From the NCBI RefSeq assembly GCF_006345805.1, contig NC_043009.1, forward strand, positions 1,178,001 through 1,242,000: a stretch of DNA of 64,000 bases. The letters run 5' to 3'. Positions 41,601 to 52,129 of the stretch are shown here, one piece after another (the stretch's first letter is position 1; each line of letters starts with the position of its first letter). The notes beneath the pieces were generated by a model, which did no database searches, was not told the DNA's origin, and worked only from the letters and a program-made list of their open reading frames with translations. A program made the position numbers and the translations under genes. This stretch comes from Octopus sinensis (taxonomy: Eukaryota).

Positions 41601-44600
41601 GAACAGACACAGAAACATGCACACATATATATATGATGTTCCCAAGACTATAGAAGACATTTGCCCAAGATGCCATGCAATGGAACTGAACCCAGAACCA
41701 TGTGATTGGGAAGCAAACTTCTTACCATCCAACCATGGCAATCAGCATGAAATTCTGCTTTAAGAATTTCATATAATCTTTCATAGTTAAAAAAAAATTT
41801 TTTTTGGCATTTTCAGAAAATTTTTGTAAATTGTGCGTATGATTTAAGGGCAATTTAGCTGTTGTTTTTAGCACATCACAGAACCACCTGATGCCTTCCT
41901 GGTTTCTTTATCACTCTGAGATGTACTAATGTTTTTCAATATTTTTCTCCCCATAAACACATTTAATGATTCTTTGCTGGGACATGAGCTAAAAATTTGC
42001 ACTGCCTGTTTTTAAGAAAAAAAAAGAAAAATGGAAAAAGAGAGGAAATTTTAGGTTTAGGATTTAGGGGTAGGTTAAAAAAATTTTTGTTTTCATAATC
42101 GTATGAATTCCTGTGAAGAACATGAATTCACAAAAATTTTCTGAAAATTCCAATAAATAAAAAAGTTATGAGGGTTTATAAGAGGTCTTTAAACCAGAAT
42201 TGTCGGAAAAGGTATAACATTTTTGGTTTTTTTCTTTCTGGGAGAGGTCGGAAGTCAAAAAGCTATCAAAGTAACAAGATTCATGAACTATTTTTTTTTT
42301 TTTGGTGGGGGGACACATTGTACAAAATAATACAAATCTATTGAGCAAAGTACAAAACTTTGATGAGCTCTTACCGTCATCCATACTTCGTGACCGATCA
42401 TAATTGTAAGACTGGGCGTATTTCCCACCACGATTGAAATGAGGATTCTGTCTATCAATTGTATCCTGGCGTGTTTGATATTGTGTGCGACCAGAGTAGC
42501 GGAACTTAGAACCAAACCGTGGGAATACATTTGCAGGTTTAGATGATTCTGGTTCTTTCAGCCTAGAGGGAAAAAGAAATAAGACAAAAGGTTTACATAA
42601 AAATATGCAATATGATGGGATTCTTTCAGTTTCCATCTACCAAATTCCTCGCAAGGCTTTTGGTCAACCAGGAACTATAATAATAGACACTTGCCCAAAG
42701 AACCATGTGGCTGGGAAGCAAATTTCTTACCACACAGCCACAGCTGCAACTCAGAATCCTTTAAGGAATTGCTATTTAGCCCCAGGTCAGTCCTCATTGA
42801 GAAGGATCTATGATCATCAAGACCACCCCATTTTATTTTCAGACATGATTTGCTGTACATAAGACACATCAAGCTAAGTAAAATCGCTGTCTTCCACATG
42901 TACAGGCTTGTCCTTTCGGGTGCTAGAGCCACCTAAAAAGAGCCAGTGGAACGTAATATGCACCCAGCACACACAGTTACGTGGTTGGCGTTAGGAAGGG
43001 CATCCAACCATAGAGACCGATCCACAACGGACAGACTGGAGTCTGGCCAGCTGCCTGTCAAACCGTCCACCTCGTACCAGCATGGAAAGTGGATGTTAAA
43101 TGACGACAACAACAACGATGATGATAATGATGACTACATCAAGACTACTGTCCAAATTAAGTTTCTTTTTAATGCACCAAATCAGAGGCAAAGGTACCGT
43201 TACCCCAAATATCTGGTCCTTATTTCTTCATTCCAACAGACAGCAGATGGAATTAAACTCATATCAAAGGACATAACAAAGTGCTTTCAGCATGATATGA
43301 ACTCATGATGCAAGAGTTGGCAGTCGGATATTGCATCTGATTGGTTATTTTGTCTAATAAAGACAAAGTTAAAAAACCCCCAAAAACCAAGAAAACCTGA
43401 TTTAGAAACCTCCCCCTCCCCACCACACTAATAAGATCAAGATTATGTACATTATTTATGCAAGTCAGACTGGAGGGCTCATTTTAATTGCTGCTTCCAT
43501 GCAGGCCTTCTTCAGGTGTCTTGGGTCAGACTCAATTGTTATATTGGAACTCTGGAATGTAACCCATTCTTTGATCCGTGGAAAGCAACAGTCAACTGAG
43601 CACATCAGTTCGACTTATGTAAATGTCTTTTATCTTTTACTTGTTTCAGTCATCTGACTGCGGCCACGCTGGAGCAGCACCTTGAAGGGTTATATATATA
43701 TTTTTTTAAGTCTAGTACTTATTTTCTCAGTTTCTTTTGCTGAAATGCTAAATTACGGGGACGTACACACACCAACACGGTCGAGTGGTGATGGGAAACA
43801 CACACAGGCTTCTTTTCAGTTTCTGTTTACTAAATCCACTCACAAGACTTTGGTCGGTGCCTGAGGTTATAATAAAAGACACTTGTCCAAGGTGCCACTC
43901 AGTGGGACTGAACCTGGAACCATGTGGTTGGGAAGCAAACTTCTTCTTACCACACAGCCACACCTACATAAATAATACACATAATATAAATTGCTCATCC
44001 CAGAAATATAGAATTGTAAGATCAAGATTACCTGAAGAATGTGTGATGTTCAACACACGTTTTCCAGAGCCGTTTTGCAAGATGGTGATGTTCCAATTTG
44101 AATGAAACTAGAGTATCTAATTTCTCAAACTGAAAATAAAAAATAATATTAGTCAATAAAATATGGTGATTAATCAAGAGTAATTGCAAGGTGGTCATGC
44201 TGGAGCACTGCTGAGCTGAGGGTTTAGCTGATCTGATTAGCCCCATTAGTAATATCAACCTGGTATTTATTCTAATGATTTCTATGGTGACATGCTCTAT
44301 TGTAGATTTTCTAAGCCTGTGCAGCATGCAAAGAAAAGAATGACCCTCACTCCCCACCAAAAGAAAGAAAAACTTATCCAAATTTACATACAGAAAACTG
44401 AAATCTATCACAAAACCCCTTGCAGGTCCTTAAAAAAAGTTGAAAAGCAGGCCTACTAGATTAGGGTTTATTTGACTATAAACAACAACAAACATTAAAA
44501 AAAACACACCATAGAACCAATGGCAATACTTACTTCAGTGGGTCGAAGTTTGATGCCGAAATTTTTCCGCTTATAAGAGATTTTCAAAATCTTTGGCCAA

Positions 44601-46960
44601 GAAAAACGGTTAATCCGAAGTTTGTCCTTATAAACCATAAGACCACTGGCACAAACTCCAAGGAGAATATCCACATTGTTGGAATCCTAAAAATAGACAA
44701 AAAATATGAAACTACTGTGAATTTATGAGAATTATATAAGTATGTAATATTGTTTATCGTTTTCTTTTATCTGTTTCAGTCGTAAGAGTGTGGCCATGCT
44801 GGGGCACCGCCTTGAAGAACTTTTTAGTCAAATGAATCAACCCCAGCACTTATTTTTTTTAAAGGCCTGGTTCTTATTCTATCAGTTGCTTTTGGCTGAA
44901 CTGCTAAGTTACAGGGATGTTAACACACCAACACCAGTTGTCAAGTAGTCGTGGGACACACACACACAAATGGGATTCTTTCAGTTTCCATCTACTAAAT
45001 CCACTCACTAGGCTTTGGTCATCCCATGCTATAGTAGAAGACACCTGTCCAAGGTGTGACACAGTGGGATTGAACCTAGAACTACGAGGCCAGCAAGCAA
45101 GCATATATTTCCTGTGTCTGTTGGTGACTGCATTTTCACTTTATAGGGTCAGTTTTCTCATTTGATGATTACAGTATTACCAGTTCCAATAAACACTCAC
45201 ACACACATATAGACAGACAGATGGATATATATAACATGAGTTATATATCATTGACCTCTTCAGAAAAATATTCGTTCCTTCACCCTCTTCATTGAAATTT
45301 CTTGAATGTTTGGCCATTTTATAATCTTTCCTCTCAATGCCCTTAAAAAAAAAAGACTTTTTTTTTGTTTAATCTGAGTGAAGCCTTCTTTTTCAACTTT
45401 GCAGGTTTCATGATGTCATTACTTGAAGTCTTGTCACGAACTGGCTCAAAGATATAGTTTTATTGGAAAACAATGGCATAAATCTGAATTTCAATTACTC
45501 TTGCAAGTACTGCTAGCACTTCTTACGAGCAGGATTGCCATTCATCGTCATTCAACATCCATTTCCCATGTCGGCATGGGCTTGAAGGTTTGAGAGGAGC
45601 TGACTAGCTGAAGGGCTGTTCAGGCTCCATGTTTTTGACATAGTTTCTATGGCTGGATGTCCTTCCTAACACCAACCACTTTTCAGAGTGTACTGGGTGC
45701 TCTCATGCAGCACCAACATGGGTGCCTTTTATGTGACACCAGCACCTAAGAGCCTGCAAGATTAGGGATGCTCAGATTAGGGATGCAGGGGATGAGCCTG
45801 TATGCAAGGGCAACCATGCTTTTACTTAGCTTGGTGTGTCTTTCCAAGTGCAGCAAATTGCTAGGAATCTCTGGCAGAATCGTTAGCACGCCGAGTGAGA
45901 TGCGCAGCCGTATTTTGTCTGCTGATACGTTCTGAGTTCAAATTCCACCGAGGTCGACTTTGCCTTTCGTCCTTTCAGGGTCGATAAATTAAGTACCAGT
46001 TATGCACTGGGGTCGATATAATCGACTTAATCCGTTTGTCTGTCCTTGTTTGTCCTCTCTGTGTTTAGCCCCTTGTGGGTAGTACAGAAATAGGGATCTC
46101 TGTCCCCTGTCATCCCCTCTGTGAGTCCCAACATGCATTATGGGTGCTCAATTTCTTTAAAAAAAAAAGAATTCAAAATTGTCAGACAACCGAAAACATT
46201 CCATTGTAAATGGGCATTAAATGCATATTCATATTGAATGTCTCTATTACAAAATCATCATGGGAAGTTTGCACCTGTCCTTAATTGGCCAATTGGTGTT
46301 GCATGTTTATTAGGTGTATGCCAATGATGTAATATTTGCCAAGGCATTTTGAATTTCCATATTGTATTTTAGATGGATCTCTTTAAAGCAAAACCAAAGA
46401 CACCAGCAACAAAACTTAAAGTAGGAGATAACTGATGATCAAAACTGTTATCAAGTCCCCTCCAGGGCATGAACAGCAAGATCCTAATCCTATTCTTGAC
46501 AATGTAGTTGACATTTATGATGATGATGATCATCATCATTTAATGTCTGCCTTCCATGCTGGCATGGGTGGGACAATTTGACAGGAGCTGGCCAGGTAGA
46601 AGACTGTACCAGACTTTTGCAACTGTTTTGGCAGGATTTTTTACTGCTGGATGCCCTTCTTGAAACCAACTACACCCAGCGGAGTGAACTTAGTGCTTTA
46701 CATGTGGCGCAAGCACAGGCGAGGCCAGTTTTGGTAAGGTTTTTACAGCTGGATGCCGTTCTAAATGCCAACCCCTTTACAGTGTTGACCGGATGCTTTT
46801 TAAGTGGGACTTGCACTGACAGAGTCACCAAGTAACTAGCAAAACAAACAAAAAATCCTCTGAGAGGGGAGGCGGAATTGGAGGAAGTGATGTTTTGTCA
46901 GATGAGAGAGAAACAGGTGTCTTGCTGTAGAGGAAGTACAAGGTTACCTGGAGAGAGAGA

Positions 46961-47018
<58 letters not shown>

Positions 47019-50000
47019 GAACAACTGATGCTGTTAATGCTATGAATGATGAAGAGGATCAGATGAGAACAAGATAAATGATAACAATTAAGTACGTACT
47101 TTGGCTTCATGGAGGTCTACTCCATACATTGCAAGTTTCTTTGCGTTTTCAAGGTAGTGAAGTTCTGCTTCCTCTGGTGTTTGTCCCCTGAAATGAGAAA
47201 ACAATCAATTGCTTCATAATACATTCCATTTTTAAGTGTAATTAGGGTTCAGTAAAAAAATTTACTTCACCACAGATCGAAATTTAGAAATAGCAGCCAA
47301 AAAAACTAGCTATTTCTCTACCATAATAAAATCTCCCAGACAACATATACTGCCTGGGAGATTTGGTAGAGAAATAGCTAGTTTTTTTGCTATTTCTAAA
47401 TTTCGGTACGTGGTGAAGCAAATTTTTTTGCTGAACCCTAATCATAATTATACTCATAATTATAAAAATTATTGTTTAAGTTTACCGATAATGGTTTTTT
47501 TTAACATGCCGAAGCTACTTGGTAAAATTATTAATTATTAATTAACTAATTTTACCCTTTATTATTATTGATATATATACATAATCAAGGAAAGGTTATA
47601 ACCTCAGTGTGAGTAGTTGCTGTAGTGGAAACATGTGTAGGTCATTATAATATGCTGTATATAACTATAAAATAAATTTTGTGGATGTACAAGTCTCCAT
47701 ACACTTTATTATTATTATTATTATTATTATTAATAATATATATATACACACACACACACAAACCATTCAGTACAAACTCACAATAATCTTTATCTTTTAT
47801 ATATGAAATAATGGCAAGAATAATGATAGAGTAGAGAGTATTGACTTACTTATGCTGCTGATGCAGATGTGCAATGTTACAAAGCATTTCATTATCCTGG
47901 TTTGGGGCAAACTTCAAATCTTTGATGTAGTTTATAGTGTCTCCATGTTCTGCATAATCATAGTCTCCCAGTTCAGACTGAACTGTGTAAGAGCCTAGCA
48001 ACACGTGTGTAGCAAATGAACAAGGCAGTCTGAAGGGGATGGCAGTAAGGGAGTGGCAAAAAAAAGAAAAATTAAAAATAATTAAAAAAAACAATACATA
48101 AATAAAAATTTTATATTATAAAATTAAACACAAAAAAACATGAGAAAACAAAAAGTAACTTAATACAAATATTGATTTCTTTGCACTAGGCAAGCATTTG
48201 TCAGGTAGATAATTGATCAAATTGACTCCTATAAGCATGATATCAACAAGAGCACTCAGAGAGCACAAATCTCCGCCAAGGCAGCACCAACATCCTCTCA
48301 ATGATTAGCCAGAGATGATTTTTAAAATGAGAATATCTGAAATAAACTCGACTGCTCTCACAAGTGAGAATATTAAAAAAGAACCTGATTGCTCTCAAAA
48401 ATTTAATTAAAAAATCAGGAAAAGTAATCCAGAATCCTTGTCTGGTACTGGATTGATCCCTCAAATCTAATCAGTTTGTGCCAGTCACAAGGCCAAACAT
48501 CCCTGAAAGTCTCATCTGAATCCATTCAGCAGTTCTTGAGATATCTTGTCCATGGACAAACACGAATCAAAACAATACCCCCGCCTTCGCTAAGGCAGAG
48601 GTAATAATGTAGTAGAGGTAATAATGTAGTATAGAGCATTTGAATTATTTCAAGTCACCCCATGAGAGACAAAAAAAAAAACAAAAGATTATCCTTACAG
48701 GATTTAAACTCATAACTACAAGATGTAGAAGAAAATACTGTAATGTATTGCAATATGTTTTTTTGTTGTTGTCCCAAGCACTATTATTATTATTATTGTC
48801 TCGCACCAGTATGCAACACTGAGTTAACGAAGTAGCATCTGCCATGGTTGCTTGACCAGCTATAATTAGTAGCTGCATCTCCTTCAAAATCTCTCCCTAC
48901 AGTTTCAAATTCAGATAAATATACTGGGTCAAGCAGTCATCACGTCAGCATCATTTCGATGTAAATTTTTCCTTGGGTTGGATGAAGTTGATTGAGGTAG
49001 ATTTTCTTAGGCAGGATGCCCTTCCTGTTGACAACCCTCACCTGTTCCTATGTAAGTTAATATATCCCCAAGGCCAGACATGTTTTCAAATGTTAAAATC
49101 ATGTGGTCATGCAGATTTTCTACAGCCAGATGTTCTTCCTGTCACCAACCCACAACCACGGTTTGCACAGAAGACTGGAAATGAACATTGCTACAGATGG
49201 TAAAAAGGCTCTAAAACTGCTTTTTATTTATTACATGGAAACGGGCGGAAAGCGAGGCAATGAACAAAAAAGATGCTTTGAAAAGTGTAGCCATAGATCA
49301 ATTTCTGATTTAGTGATGTAATACCACTGAAAGAACGTCTCTTTTGCTCATTCCCTCACTTTCCGCCCATGTCTACAGGATAAAGTGGTTTTAGATCCCT
49401 TTGGCATCTTCTTCTAGCATGTGGCATTACTTGGTAGTTGCCCTCATTATAATTTTAAAATTATATTTAGAAAATTAAATACTTTGTATTAATTTTCACC
49501 TAAGTTGGTTTTTACATGTTTACTTAACGTGCAAGTCGCTGAGTACTCCACAGACATGTGTACCCATAACATAGTTCTCGGGGAGATTCAGTGTGACAGA
49601 GTGTGACAGGGCTGGCCCTCTCAAATACAGGTACAACAGAAACAGGAAAACAGACTAGGAGAAAGTGGTGAAAGAGTACAGCAGGGTACACCACCACCAT
49701 CCCCTGCCAGAGTTATGGAGCTTTAGGTGTTTTTATTCAATAAACACTCACAATGCCTGATCTGGGAATCGAAACTGCAATCCTACGACTTCAAATCTGC
49801 TGCCCTAACCACTAGGCCATTGTGCCTCCATATATATATATATATAGATAGATAGATAGATATAGATATATATATATGGGGAAGAAAGTTGTAATATCCA
49901 TCCCCTACTTTACTATAAATATCTATGATGGCTGTCTTGACCTTTCTCCACTGTTTTTACTTTCTAAAACAACAAGGTCAATTTTCATACAAAATATCAT

Positions 50001-52073
50001 CTCAAGTTGCTGACATAAAGCATTTTCAAAGACCAGGTCCTTAACTATAAAGTTTTCACATACATTTTCCCAAGTCTTAAATATATGAAAACAAAAACCA
50101 AAAAAAAAAATAGTCATGAGTAAGACATAGATAAATAAATAGAGCCAGACCTGTATTTTTTTGTCTGTCTGTGAAATTAGGCCAGATGAAGGACTTTTGC
50201 AGCAACTTAGGATCTGGAACAAACTGACTGGTTTTGTTGTTATTTAACAACTTGGTAAACCGTTAGAAACTCTCTAAATTGCTGGAGCAAGTGTTTACTT
50301 TCACTCTTTAGCGTTCAGATTATTCTGTCAAATGCGATGTTTATTTATTCGCATTGTTTTTGAATTAATCATGCGTTGTCTCATAGCTTTGAGATTTCAA
50401 TGATACGATGTTTTATTTGTCGAATGAGATTGTGGGATAGGTGTGTGGAGAGGCCACATCTGGCTGCTTTGAATATAATACAGTCAGAATATTCTGGTCG
50501 GCTATGACTAGTTTAACCCTTTAGCGTTCAGATTATTTTGTCAAATGTAAGGCTTATTATTATTCATGTATAATTTTGTAGCTTCAAGATTTCAATGATG
50601 TGACTTTATTTTTAAAATGACATTGTAGGGTAGGTGTGAGAGGCCCGACCCGGTCAGTTTAAACCTAAAACAGGTAGAATACTTTGGCTGGTTTATATAC
50701 TAAAGGGTTAAATGTTAATGAGTTAAGGATGGATGCCTTCCTTTCAGTTAGCAAGCGGCAGACCAAAAAGTGAAGTAAAGTAACATGTCTAAGAGTGCAA
50801 TGCTATGCAGCAATACAGACTGAAATGATATCCGTGACTTGTTATGCAACTGTAATATACTATAAAGTATTTTGTTAGTCTATTAGTCTTTTACTGGATT
50901 CAGTCATTTGACTGCGGCCATGCTGGAACAAATCGACCCCAGAACTTATTCTTTGTAAGCCTATTCTAAGCCTTTGTAAGACTTATTCTATCAGTCTCTT
51001 TTGCTGAACCACTAAGTTACGAGGACATAAACACACCAGCATCGGTTGTCAAGCGACGGTGGGGGGACAAACACAGACACACAAAAACATATATATATGA
51101 TGGGCTTCTTTCAGTTTCCATCTACCAAATCCACCCACAAGGCTTTAGTCGGCCTGAGGCTATAGAAGAAGACACTCGCCCAAGGTGCCACGCAGTAGGA
51201 TTGAACCTGGAACCATGTGGTTGGTTAGCAGGCTACTTACCACACAGCCACTCCTGTGCCTACAAATGTATATTAAATATTTTTATAAATCAATATTGCA
51301 TTCTACTGTGTTAGCAGTGCTACTTCAGCACTCGTTAAGGTTGTCTCTACAGGTAGTCCATAGGAATATCAGCCAGCACTGATTTTTGCTATGACATTTC
51401 ATATCCAAGGCGTCAGATGTAAACAAACAATGAGACCAAAGATGGAAAATGAGTAATGAGCTTCTATGCCATATTTCGGGGGGTTTTGCTCCCTTCAGCA
51501 GCACCCATCCAAACCATTAATCATCCTCAAACCCATTACTTAAATAGTCACTATATACAGTGGTGTATAGTTACTGGATATACACCCATTACCCAGGTTT
51601 CATTTTTGATTTCTTTGCTTTTTGTCTCATATAATGAAACATCATAACCAAAATCAGTGCCGGCCAATAATTTCTATAGAATATCTGTAGAGATGACCTG
51701 AAGAAGTAAAGAAACAATATTAGTTAGCTATAGCAATACATTACAGCTTTTTCACTTTCTACAGCGGTTCACTGGAAGTTTGAGTCAGTAGTTCAATACT
51801 GCAGCCAGCCATCCAGCCAGAATGTATCGTTTGATAATTAGAATGTGTATGAGGGACAGTGAGTGAGCTGTATGCAAATGTGTGTGTGTGTGTGTGTGGG
51901 TGGGTGTAGATGGGAATGTGAAACAAGTTAGCAAGGAAGACAGTAACAGGCAAATGAGACAGTATGAATAATAGAATAAATATGCAAAATAAATTGAGAC
52001 ATAGAGGAAGGAGGAAACGGTCAATGTGGCAAGAACACAATTTATGTATAATAAAATAGTTCAAAGTGGGTGG

Positions 52074-52129
<56 letters not shown>

